Shown in pieces: positions 48,606 through 57,225 of a stretch of DNA of 64,000 bases. A model generated the notes under the pieces. The model was not told where the DNA came from. It was given only the letters and a program-made list of their open reading frames with translations, and did not search any database. Made by a program: the position numbers and the translations under genes. Each line of letters begins with the position of its first letter. The first letter of the stretch is position 1. The stretch covers positions 1-64,000 of the IMG/VR virus record IMGVR_UViG_3300028883_000032; one strand, given 5' to 3'.

Positions 48606-49294
48606 TCGATCCTTTACGTCACTTGGCTATTTTTGATCCTGATGCCTTTGGTCCCCGACGAGTTGATGTAATAGGTGTGGGTGCAACTGGATCAAAAGTT
48701 GTGTTGGAACTTGCAAAACTCGGCATAGTTAACATTCACGTATGGGATTATGACAAAGTCGAAGAACACAATGTTCCCAACCAAGTTTTTGGAAATGATC
48801 ATGTTGGGATGTTCAAAGTTGACGCCATATCAAAAATTGTCAAGGCACAAACTGGTATTGACTTAGTAACTCATAACGAAGAAGTAGACGGTACTCAAAC
48901 TTTTGGTGATATAGTATTCTTGCTAACCGACACCATGAAAAGCCGTAAATCAATCTTTGAGAGGGGCATTAAATATAAATTTAATGTCAAATTAATGATT
49001 GAAACGCGGATGGGAAAAGACAGCGGGCAGATATACTCCATCATTCCGACAAAACCGGATCACATCAAAAATTGGGAAAATTCCCTGTTTAGCGATGATG
49101 ACAAAGATACTGAAGTATCTCTATGTGGAAGTACAATAACTGTTGGGTCAACTGCCGGAATAATTTCGGGCCTAGCGGTTTGGAAAGTCATTGAATGGCT
49201 TCAACACGAAACCGGCAAACTGGAAAATGGAATTGCTAACGAAACAATGATTGATATTTCCCCCAAGTTAGCAGTTTATCAAAACAAATATTAA
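48602..49294 (+). CDS. ThiF/E1-like activating enzyme
   Basis: GVGATGS, WDYDKVEEHNVPNQ, KV, TDTMKSR, ETRMG, candidate catalytic Cys SLCG. Confidence 0.92.
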   Translation: MIDPLRHLAIFDPDAFGPRRVDVIGVGATGSKVVLELAKLGIVNIHVWDYDKVEEHNVPNQVFGNDHVGMFKVDAISKIVKAQTGIDLVTHNEEVDGTQTFGDIVFLLTDTMKSRKSIFERGIKYKFNVKLMIETRMGKDSGQIYSIIPTKPDHIKNWENSLFSDDDKDTEVSLCGSTITVGSTAGIISGLAVWKVIEWLQHETGKLENGIANETMIDISPKLAVYQNKY

Positions 49295-49314
49295 CTCAGG
49301 AGTAGAATTTCAAG

Positions 49315-49524
49315 ATGGAACCTATTCAAGTACGTGTAGGAACAATTCCTGGTGGAGTCTCCGAATTTGCAATCATAGATGCAACAGTTCGTGGAGCACT
49401 TACAGCAGCAGGCCTTGAGGCGGACGGTTACAAAATCAATGTAAACGGCGTGGCAGCTAACTTAGACACACCGTTACGAGATGGTGATAATGTTCTTCGT
49501 GTTCGCAAGGTTGTTGGTAACTAA
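49315..49524 (+). CDS. ubiquitin-like (ThiS/MoaD-fold) protein ending GN
   Basis: 69 aa; ATVRGAL..INVNG..LDTPLRDGDNV..KVVGN. Confidence 0.85.
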   Translation: MEPIQVRVGTIPGGVSEFAIIDATVRGALTAAGLEADGYKINVNGVAANLDTPLRDGDNVLRVRKVVGN

Positions 49525-49531
49525 TGTTACT

Positions 49532-49566
49532 AGAAGAGCGGAAATATTTATATACCGCTCTTTTTT
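49532..49566 (+). terminator. rho-independent terminator
   Basis: AAGAGCGG..CCGCTCTT + T run after the Ubl gene. Confidence 0.75.
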
Positions 49567-49639
49567 ACCCCAAAATGGAATAAGAATATAGCAGGGACTC
49601 TTAAGGTAGAGGCCCGTAAAGCTAAATTGGGAGGATAGC

Positions 49640-50431
49640 ATGAAGCTACTTGAGTGGACCATAGCTGGAGGATTAGACGCCCCCATGGTCTTGTGTGAGG
49701 CTAATGCAGTGTTCGGGTCGCTGAATGTCAAACGACCAATGTGGGCAAGAGTTGTAACATCAATGGGTCACGAAATACCCCCATATCTTAAAAGCTGTAT
49801 GCATGGGTTAGATGGGCTTTTAACTGAAGCTACACTACTTATCAATCGAGCTATTCTCCCAGGAATGGGAGAACAGGCAATGGTAAACATGCCGGAATCT
49901 CCAGCAGGAGAAACCAGAATAGAGTTTCTAACTCCTGGAGGAGTGAAGTTTAGCATAACCAAACATTTAGAACTTTCTTCCCTCAATGTTGCATGGAGAT
50001 TTGGAAGAAATAGTCACTACGCAGCCAATAGGGTACTTCAAGGGTTACTGACTTGTGCGCCAACAAGAGAAACAGCCTTAATACTTGACCATCTATCTGA
50101 CTTAATAAGGAGTTGGAAGATCGAGGTAGGGGGTAATGGACCAACCTCTAATTTCAAAATTGGCCAATGCTTTTCATATCCGAATAACTATGGAAGCTGG
50201 CTTTATATAACAACCACTAAAGAGGCGTGCTATGCTGTAGCAAAAGTGACAGCTCCTGAAACCAATCTTGGGTTGGGGGTATTGGGAAAAGATTTAGACC
50301 CAACATCCCCCAAAAACCAGTGGCTAAATCATGTAGCAGTAGTTGTGGGGAGGGATGAAAGGGGAACTATCGCCGCTTACCACTCTGATTTCCATTACTA
50401 CTTCTTGCACCTTCAAAGAAAATACAGATAG
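49640..50431 (+). CDS. hypothetical protein
   Basis: 263 aa, GGAGG RBS, flanked by terminators. Confidence 0.65.
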   Translation: MKLLEWTIAGGLDAPMVLCEANAVFGSLNVKRPMWARVVTSMGHEIPPYLKSCMHGLDGLLTEATLLINRAILPGMGEQAMVNMPESPAGETRIEFLTPGGVKFSITKHLELSSLNVAWRFGRNSHYAANRVLQGLLTCAPTRETALILDHLSDLIRSWKIEVGGNGPTSNFKIGQCFSYPNNYGSWLYITTTKEACYAVAKVTAPETNLGLGVLGKDLDPTSPKNQWLNHVAVVVGRDERGTIAAYHSDFHYYFLHLQRKYR

Positions 50432-50473
50432 TTGCGGGGATGCGACCAAGATAACAACCAGTGTTATCTTGAG

Positions 50474-50500
50474 AAGAGGCCAGCATGTTGGCCTCTTTTT
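50474..50500 (+). terminator. rho-independent terminator
   Basis: AAGAGGCC-agcatgtt-GGCCTCTT + TTT. Confidence 0.75.
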
Positions 50501-50569
50501 AAACATTTATGTAAATTTAGAATTTTTATGGTATAAGATTTTATCGTCGCGCTTTAGGCTTGCTTAAAG

Positions 50570-51345
50570 TACGACATCGGCCGCATGGGTCGTTAGACAT
50601 AAACCTTGAAAGAGGTGGATAGGGGCGTTGGCAACGTCCGGTCGTAGACAGTCAAAATGCAATCCGTTCCTCCTTCCTTAAAATTCCCGAGGGCAACGCT
50701 GTAGGCGAACCAACTGGAAGGACTCGAAACGAGACAACCAAAACTGGTGTGGACAAGTAACACGTGGTGGTGACTTGGAAACGTACCAACCAATTAATGG
50801 TGAATCGGACGGAAAGGTGGTGTGGTTAGATCGGCTCCTGTTAGAGTCGGTGTGGCTATCTACCATTCAAGGAATTTCTAGACCAGAAATCTAGAAAAAC
50901 TGCGAATCGGGGGACCAACAGGCCTCTGTGATGGAGTAGAGTATTTCGTTGCTCAAAAGGTAACGAAGCTCAAATCCCAGCGCTTCATCAGCCGAGAATT
51001 TTTAACAGATTCGCTCGGGTACGAGCACTTACTATCAATAAGTGAGATCATTTAAAGCACAAGACTGGGACGTGCTGAAACCTAAAGATGCCTCCGCCTT
51101 TAGTGGCCCTTAATTACTCGCAAGGTAATTAAGTTGTGTCGGAAACTAACTTTGCCCCGGCCAGGGTAAAGGGAGTGGTAAGATGCAGAAAGGTTCAGCT
51201 GGAAGACATGTGAAACCAATCTCGGGTTCACGGCATTTCCTACATACGTAAAGACATTTGCGTGGACACACCCTAAACCCAAATATTATGGGAATGTGGG
51301 GGTAAAAGTGTAGGATCAAATAGTCACGTCTAAACTATTTGATTT
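50570..51345 (+). ncRNA. large structured ncRNA, GOLLD-like candidate
   Basis: ~770 nt without a + strand ORF, many hairpins (CTCGAAACGAG, TTTCTAGA..TCTAGAAA, TTCGTTGCTCAAAAGGTAACGAA, TTAATTACTCGCAAGGTAATTAA); tRNA-rich phage context; terminal hairpin + T run. Confidence 0.6.
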
Positions 51346-51382
51346 TTTTAGCCTAAAATGGAATAAGAGTGTATACAAACTC

Positions 51383-51745
51383 TTGGGAGGAAAAGTGAAA
51401 AAGTTGGTGCTTTTACTGCTGCTTGTGATGGTAACGGGATGTTGCCATCACCCATTAGGGCTGTGGAGATCGGAATCCACCCTGTATGAGCTTCAATGGA
51501 GCTTTGAGAACCAGCATATTTATTGGGGAAGAGCAGTAATAAGCTACGACTCCGTATGGACTATTGTTGGAGAGCCAGAAGTAGGCCTAGCCGTTATAAG
51601 AGGGGATACTCTAAATTTGTATATAGACAAGGAGTTGAAATACAGCCTTTTGGTTAAAAACGAAAAATACATACAGATATATCCGGAATATATGCTTCTG
51701 ACCGGCAGTTGGATAAACCGGGAGGACAGTCCAATGGGCAAGTAA
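51383..51745 (+). CDS. putative lipoprotein
   Basis: KKLVLLLLLVMVTG-C lipobox-like N-terminus (start probably GTG 51395). Confidence 0.55.
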   Translation: MGGKVKKLVLLLLLVMVTGCCHHPLGLWRSESTLYELQWSFENQHIYWGRAVISYDSVWTIVGEPEVGLAVIRGDTLNLYIDKELKYSLLVKNEKYIQIYPEYMLLTGSWINREDSPMGK

Positions 51746-51748
51746 AGT

Positions 51749-51797
51749 CAATGGGGAGTCTTGAGATCGGGCTGAGCGACTCGACTCCCCATTTTTT
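51749..51797 (+). terminator. rho-independent terminator
   Basis: AATGGGGAGTC..GACTCCCCATT + T run. Confidence 0.7.
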
Positions 51798-52061
51798 AGA
51801 CTAGTATTTTTATGGAATAAGATTCCAGAAGAGCATCATGATGTCTAACCAACTTAAGTACATGGAAAAGGGAAATATAACGCCGCAAAATGGCGGTTGC
51901 TGGTATTGTCATAAAACCGATTATCCGCTTGTTTTTAGCATTGAATTCGATACTTTTGTGCACCTTGACTGTATAAAAGAAATGTTGAAACTAAACGATA
52001 CAAATGATAAAGAAATAACTTTTTTAGCAAAAGAATTTAATTTGCTGTAACCATAACTTAC

Positions 52062-52901
52062 ATGAACATTTTACTAAATGATGGGGATTTTGTCGTATTA
52101 GCCCATACTACACCAACAAATTTTGAAACAGATGATTTGATGGAAATAGTCAAAAAAGCGGCTACTACTTGTTACCAGAGCGAACAAAAGACACATAAAA
52201 ACCCGCAAGAATTTGCAAAAATGCTTTTGGGACGTGGGCACATGAGCATGTTTGATCATGTCCATGTTACAGTGCTATTTAAAAATGTGTCCCGTGGGTT
52301 TACCCACGAATTGGTGAGGCACAGAATAGCAGCCTACGCCCAAGAAAGCACACGATACGTTGATCCTGGTAATATTAAAGTTGTAGGACCGCCCCATAGA
52401 AATTTAGATGAACAAATAACTATCGAAACTAATTTAGATGATGGATCAATAGCGTATAAAGAAATAACATTTAGAGAGATGGTAAAAGAAGTAGAAAGAT
52501 TTTATCGCGGTTTACGCAATAGTGGGTGGTCTCAAGAAGATGCCCGTCAAATCTTACCCATAGGTATTAAATCTGAAATAGTTATGACGGCAGATTTAAC
52601 GGAGTGGAGACACACATTTCGTTTGCGCACGCAGAAAGCGGCACATTGGGAAATACGCGGGGTAATGAATAAATTATTAAAGCACTTTAAAGAAGTGTTT
52701 CCCCCGGTATTTGATGATTTTATCATAGCCGGTAAGGATGAAAACGAATTAGAATACTACAAAATAAAAGGATACGTTGGCGACATAACGAAAATGGTAA
52801 ACCAAGCATTAGAGCAATATGTGGCAGAAAATACTTTGGGAAATGACCAAGCAAGTCATTTTGCCAACTATCTCAATAGTTATTACAACCAAAATTACTA
52901 A
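52062..52901 (+). CDS. thyX: FAD-dependent thymidylate synthase
   Basis: GHMSMFDH, SRGFTHELVRHR..AQESTRY, EDARQILP, LRTQKAAHWEIR. Confidence 0.95.
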   Translation: MNILLNDGDFVVLAHTTPTNFETDDLMEIVKKAATTCYQSEQKTHKNPQEFAKMLLGRGHMSMFDHVHVTVLFKNVSRGFTHELVRHRIAAYAQESTRYVDPGNIKVVGPPHRNLDEQITIETNLDDGSIAYKEITFREMVKEVERFYRGLRNSGWSQEDARQILPIGIKSEIVMTADLTEWRHTFRLRTQKAAHWEIRGVMNKLLKHFKEVFPPVFDDFIIAGKDENELEYYKIKGYVGDITKMVNQALEQYVAENTLGNDQASHFANYLNSYYNQNY

Positions 52902-53492
52902 ATGGCTTACACAGGACTAAGAAAGCCAAGAACAGACGATCTAGAAAACTGGAAAACTTATTTTAGTGTTAATCCTGAAAAGAAGGATGACTTTCCAGAG
53001 ATGTTTGTTAAATGTTTTAACCGTGATGAACCTAAGAATGACAAAAAGGTTAGAAAGGTTAAAAAGGCCAAAACAAAAAAAGAAAAGAAGGCCATCGAGG
53101 AAGTGGAGGCCATTGTAGTAAAAAAAGAAGTACCGGAGGTAAAAGTTAAAGATGACAAACAAGAGATTTTTATTAATTCCGGTGACACTTTTTGGGCAGA
53201 TACCCTGCAAAAACAAATAACGATTTGGGACATGGACCCGGAATCGGGATTAGTGGCATTCAGAATTTCTGGCTATGATATTCTTCCTTTAGATGAGTTA
53301 ATTAATCTCGGCCTTCGAAAATTTAATGAAAATTATATAGACCACAATAAAGAAAAGCTGAGCTATTCCGATGGTTCTAGAAAAAGAGTAAGTAAGAAAG
53401 GTACCAAAATTACTATTCAAGGAAAGGCTACTTTAAATAAAGTTCATTGGTCAAAGATGGTAGATGACCTTACTAAAAAAGCAAAAATATAA
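52902..53492 (+). CDS. hypothetical Lys-rich protein
   Basis: 196-aa ORF directly after thyX. Confidence 0.6.
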   Translation: MAYTGLRKPRTDDLENWKTYFSVNPEKKDDFPEMFVKCFNRDEPKNDKKVRKVKKAKTKKEKKAIEEVEAIVVKKEVPEVKVKDDKQEIFINSGDTFWADTLQKQITIWDMDPESGLVAFRISGYDILPLDELINLGLRKFNENYIDHNKEKLSYSDGSRKRVSKKGTKITIQGKATLNKVHWSKMVDDLTKKAKI

Positions 53493-53504
53493 CCAATTGA
53501 AATA

Positions 53505-53774
53505 ATGGGTAGTTTAACAGACCAAGTTGCTCCTAAAGAAAAATTAAAAAATAAAGAGACAGGAGAAACAGGTAAACCGGTAATTGTTATACTTAAAACA
53601 GAAAGCGGACAGTTGGGAGTCCAGTGGGATCAAGACAACATGAACAAGGCAGACGTATTTCAAGCATTAGTCGCGTCGGCCGGTATTTTGGAACGTAAAA
53701 TAATGGAAGAAGTGGAAGCATTTAAAAAAGATGTTAAAGCTATTGATGTGCCACCAACTATAAAGGAAAAATAA
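53505..53774 (+). CDS. hypothetical protein
   Basis: 89-aa ORF, AACCA at -14. Confidence 0.55.
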   Translation: MGSLTDQVAPKEKLKNKETGETGKPVIVILKTESGQLGVQWDQDNMNKADVFQALVASAGILERKIMEEVEAFKKDVKAIDVPPTIKEK

Positions 53775-54184
53775 TGTTGCGTAAAGTGTGCGTAATTGTA
53801 CGCGGGTTGCCCGGTTCAGGAAAAACTGAATTTACAAATTTCTTGAACACGCTGTCTATGGATGGTATTAATATTTTCACAACCGACGATTTTTTCACGC
53901 GTCGGGGACAATATAAGTTTGATGGCTCAAAACTTGCCGAAGCCCATAAATGGAATTTTAAACGTTTTTGCGCTACAGTAAAAGCGGGAGCAACTTACGT
54001 GGCAGTAGCTAACACAGCTACCCGCGAGGAAGAATTTCGTTCTTACAAGGAATTTGCAGAAAAACACGGTTACAAAGTATATGTAATTACTGTGGAAAAC
54101 TGGCACGGTAATAAAAATGTACACGGAGTTCCAGACGAGAATCTGGACAAAATGGACGAACGCTACGAGTTGCGTTTGCGTTAG
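53774..54184 (+). CDS. P-loop kinase (AAA_33 / polynucleotide kinase-like)
   Basis: RGLPGSGKT, TDDFF, AHKW, VANT, NVHGVP. Confidence 0.85.
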   Translation: MLRKVCVIVRGLPGSGKTEFTNFLNTLSMDGINIFTTDDFFTRRGQYKFDGSKLAEAHKWNFKRFCATVKAGATYVAVANTATREEEFRSYKEFAEKHGYKVYVITVENWHGNKNVHGVPDENLDKMDERYELRLR

Positions 54185-54198
54185 ATTTTATGTATATT
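54170..54198 (+). promoter_or_regulatory. sigma70-type promoter
   Basis: TTGCGT-N17-TATATT before the Y-RNA-like element. Confidence 0.55.
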
Positions 54199-54200
54199 AT

Positions 54201-54338
54201 AGTAACCTACCATAGAACGCAGTTCGAATCTGCGAATTCGTGTGAGCCATGACCGTCAATACCAATGGTATTAGGTTCAGTCTGCTAACGATGGCACTGT
54301 CACGATATGGAGTAATGGCAACTCGATGGTAGGTTACT
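54201..54338 (+). ncRNA. YrlA/Y RNA-like permuted tRNA mimic
   Basis: 13-bp terminal stem AGTAACCTACCAT/ATGGTAGGTTACT; T arm CGCAG-TTCGAAT-CTGCG precedes D arm GAGT-AATGGCA-ACTC. Confidence 0.65.
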
Positions 54339-54341
54339 TAC

Positions 54342-54416
54342 AGGGTCGTAGCTCAGCTTGGTTAGAGTGCCGGCCTGTCACGCCGGAAGTCACGGGTTCG
54401 AATCCCGTCGGTCCTG
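54342..54416 (+). tRNA. tRNA-Asp(GUC)
   Basis: Cloverleaf, loop CT-GTC-AC, G73. Confidence 0.93.
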
Positions 54417-54418
54417 CA

Positions 54419-54500
54419 AAGTCTGTGTCAAGAGTCTTGGAGACGTCATCTGCAGGTGACATGGGTTCGAATCCCGTCTTGAAGTTGCAACCACAGACTT
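54419..54500 (+). ncRNA. compact tRNA-like element with extended closing stem
   Basis: AAGTCTGTG/CACAGACTT outer stem, TCAAG/CTTGA, GTCT/AGAC hairpin, GTCAT-CTGCAG-GTGAC, ATGGG-TTCGAAT-CCCGT. Confidence 0.5.
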
Positions 54501-54760
54501 GACTTTTGAGGATTAAAGTGTTATATTATGAAGATTGGGGCACCACAGCCTGCGAGATTTTTAAGGAATGGAACAAGACAGTCGTGAAGAAATGTAAGAA
54601 GAAATCTGCAAACAAACGATTTACAGCTATTTCCGCTAAAACCCGGAAAGAGGTTGCCGAGGTACGCCCTAATCAAAAAGAACGAACCTAACGTTCATAA
54701 TTTAATTGGTTGGAGCCTAAACTTCGGTTTAGGCTTTTTTATTTTAAATAAGGACTTAAC

Positions 54761-55159
54761 ATGACAAAAACTGAATTTCGAGAATTGTGGAAAGCTGCAG
54801 AAGAAAGCGGATTAGATAGATTCACTGTTATCTACTTAAGTTCCGGAGCCAAACACAATGGGCTGCTAGGAGAAATACTATTCAAACAGAATAGTATAGG
54901 AAACTCATACCCGAGTGTATTTTTTTCAGGAACGGGGCAAAGAATTACTACCTCCCTCGACAAATTAGTTGCAACGGAACAAAATTTTATTCGAACTCCA
55001 AAGGAACTGCAACCTGGATTAGAAATCTTGGTTATGGCTAATGAAGGTTCATTAGATATTGTTAATGAATCAGAAGCAATAAAGAAATTACAAAAAGATC
55101 CCAAAACAAAAATATTTACGTGTTTAATACGAAAGCAAGTTGAATTAAGACTTGTGTAA
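54761..55159 (+). CDS. hypothetical protein
   Basis: 132 aa, AAGGA RBS. Confidence 0.6.
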   Translation: MTKTEFRELWKAAEESGLDRFTVIYLSSGAKHNGLLGEILFKQNSIGNSYPSVFFSGTGQRITTSLDKLVATEQNFIRTPKELQPGLEILVMANEGSLDIVNESEAIKKLQKDPKTKIFTCLIRKQVELRLV

Positions 55160-56093
55160 TCAAGGAGATAAAAATGCTGGGAGCTCTACGGGCCTAATGG
55201 CCCCCCACAAAGTTATTGATGTAGTACAAGAAGAGTTTTATAAAGTAAATTTAACTTTAGACAATAATTTTAGATTGTCACCCCCAGACAAAACAACAAA
55301 TTTTACAACGGCAGGAATGCAGTGGTTTAAGAACCGCTTTAATAATCCGGACGGGACAAGATGTGGTAGCAGACAATCTTGTTTACGTACAAACGATTTG
55401 TCCTTAATTGGGGACGGGACACATTTAACCTATTTTGAAATGCTGGGAAATTTTTCATTTGGAAATAACGATTATGAACAATCGGTAGAATTGTGGCACA
55501 ATATTGTTTCTCAATTAAAAATCCCAGTTACATATGTTACGGTACACCCGTCACAAAAATACCATAAGAGAGTTTGGGAGAGGTTGCATTACCCCATAAA
55601 AGAAGACGAAAGCTGCGTGTGGTCAGACGGTAATATCGGAGGATACTGTTGTGAAATGTTTGTTAATGACCTCGAAATCGGGAATCTGGTAAATACTTCT
55701 GGAGTTTCAACAGATGTGGGTTTTGGTTTTGAGAGGTTAGTACAAGTTTATGAAAACCAAACAAATATTCATGACACAACTTTGTTTGATTGCTCTTTAC
55801 CTCCTTTTGTCAGAGACCACGTTCGCGCCTTGAATGCGTTATATCTTAACGGTATAAAACCGGGAGCAAGTGGACCAAATTACTCCGCCAAACTAATACT
55901 CAGAAGAGTACTATCTCATCTTGACCCAAAATGTTATAAGTTTGGGCACTGGTTAGAACAAGAAAAACTAATTAGTGAAGATGGTAAGTACAGAGCTAAA
56001 AAACACTTTAACCGCTATGGTATTAAAGACTATGACTTTGTTAAAGCCACATTTGGTTTAACAGCCGAAGAATATGAGGAAGTACTATCGTGA
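55152..56093 (+). CDS. truncated alanyl-tRNA synthetase-like protein (catalytic core only)
   Basis: DKTTNFTTAGMQ.FK, QSCLRTNDL..IGDGTHLTYFEMLGNFSF, EIGNLV, DVGFGFERL, RDHVRA..G.KP...GPNY...LILRR. Confidence 0.85.
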   Translation: MCNQGDKNAGSSTGLMAPHKVIDVVQEEFYKVNLTLDNNFRLSPPDKTTNFTTAGMQWFKNRFNNPDGTRCGSRQSCLRTNDLSLIGDGTHLTYFEMLGNFSFGNNDYEQSVELWHNIVSQLKIPVTYVTVHPSQKYHKRVWERLHYPIKEDESCVWSDGNIGGYCCEMFVNDLEIGNLVNTSGVSTDVGFGFERLVQVYENQTNIHDTTLFDCSLPPFVRDHVRALNALYLNGIKPGASGPNYSAKLILRRVLSHLDPKCYKFGHWLEQEKLISEDGKYRAKKHFNRYGIKDYDFVKATFGLTAEEYEEVLS

Positions 56094-56151
56094 TGAATAA
56101 TAAATCTAGAAAAGGGGCCGTATACTAGTATACTTAACAGGAGACTAGTAT

Positions 56152-56691
56152 ATGTCTGGATTCAAAGAAGTTATGGATTCTACGTCCAACTCAAGCGTTT
56201 ACAAAAAAGCACGTAAACTATATCTTGACCATACCGGGGAAATTAGTTGTTCTCGTTGTGCATACCACTGTAGAGATAATTCCGGAAAACGTGCGCGTGG
56301 TTATAGAGACTGGAAAGCACGTAAAAACCAACGTTACCAGTGGCAAAAAGGTAAGAAGACTCCCTGGGGAAAAGAAATAGAAACTTGGGATATGGATATA
56401 TTAGCCAAAGGTAGAGCCTACAGTAGCTGGGAAAAGAAACGTATGTACCCAGGTGCAAGAAAAGACAGGGCTAACCGCAGGAGAGTATATAATGCCATAT
56501 GGGCTGCAGAATGGTATTGGAGACAAGAACAGGGCCCTTGGTGGTTTCTGATAACTAACCACCCAAACTTTTATGACCCTAAAATATATAGCCCATATTT
56601 AGCACCAGATCCCGACGAGGAAATAGATTGGGAATATTTCCCAGGAGAAAGTAAGGGTTTTATAAATAAACCGCAGATTGCATGCAAATAA
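56152..56691 (+). CDS. hypothetical basic protein
   Basis: CSRCAYHC motif; AGGAG RBS. Confidence 0.55.
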   Translation: MSGFKEVMDSTSNSSVYKKARKLYLDHTGEISCSRCAYHCRDNSGKRARGYRDWKARKNQRYQWQKGKKTPWGKEIETWDMDILAKGRAYSSWEKKRMYPGARKDRANRRRVYNAIWAAEWYWRQEQGPWWFLITNHPNFYDPKIYSPYLAPDPDEEIDWEYFPGESKGFINKPQIACK

Positions 56692-56695
56692 TATT

Positions 56696-56785
56696 GGCTG
56701 GTAGATGGGTATTCTAGATACTCTATGTTGGACACAAGCTCGGCTGATCACTGAGAAGAGCGGGTTCGACTCCCGCCACCTGCCA
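56696..56785 (+). ncRNA. tRNA-Ile(GAU)-like RNA with expanded D region
   Basis: CTCGG-CTGATCA-CTGAG anticodon arm and GCGGG-TTCGACT-CCCGC T arm; D region contains GGGTAT/ATACTC hairpin. Confidence 0.55.
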
Positions 56786-57058
56786 ACACTACGGAGATGT
56801 AATGAAAGACTATTTTGAAACTAAACTCAAAGCTGGAGATATAATTGTAAGGGCAAGTTTCTCCGGATATAGTAGAGGACTATTCTTGGGGATAGTTACA
56901 GAGCCGGAACAAAACAGAGTTTTGGGGTATTGGGTGGATAACAAGAGATGGAACGAAAGACAATCAAAGTGGCAATGGGGCTTTTTAAAACTGTCTTTGG
57001 ATGTATTACCTATTAATTTAAGAAACGAGTTTAAAGAAAAATTATCCACATTGAAACT

Positions 57059-57132
57059 ATCCTCGTAGCTCAATTGGATAGAGCGCTGCGCTACGAACGC
57101 AGAGGTTGGGGGTTCGATCCCCTCCGAGGGTA
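57059..57132 (+). tRNA. tRNA-Arg(ACG)
   Basis: Cloverleaf, A20, loop CT-ACG-AA. Confidence 0.95.
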
Positions 57133-57225
57133 CAAACAAAAGGAGAAATTGTAGGATTTCTAGCAATTAGCTTAGCAGGAGATAAGAGCTGTAGTTATAG
57201 GGACTATTCAAACCAAACAAAAATA

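Noticed and set aside
50593-51282. Short minus-strand ORFs in the large intergenic region
   Set aside because: 60-66 aa with no RBS or motifs, against the genome-wide strand bias; better explained by a structured RNA
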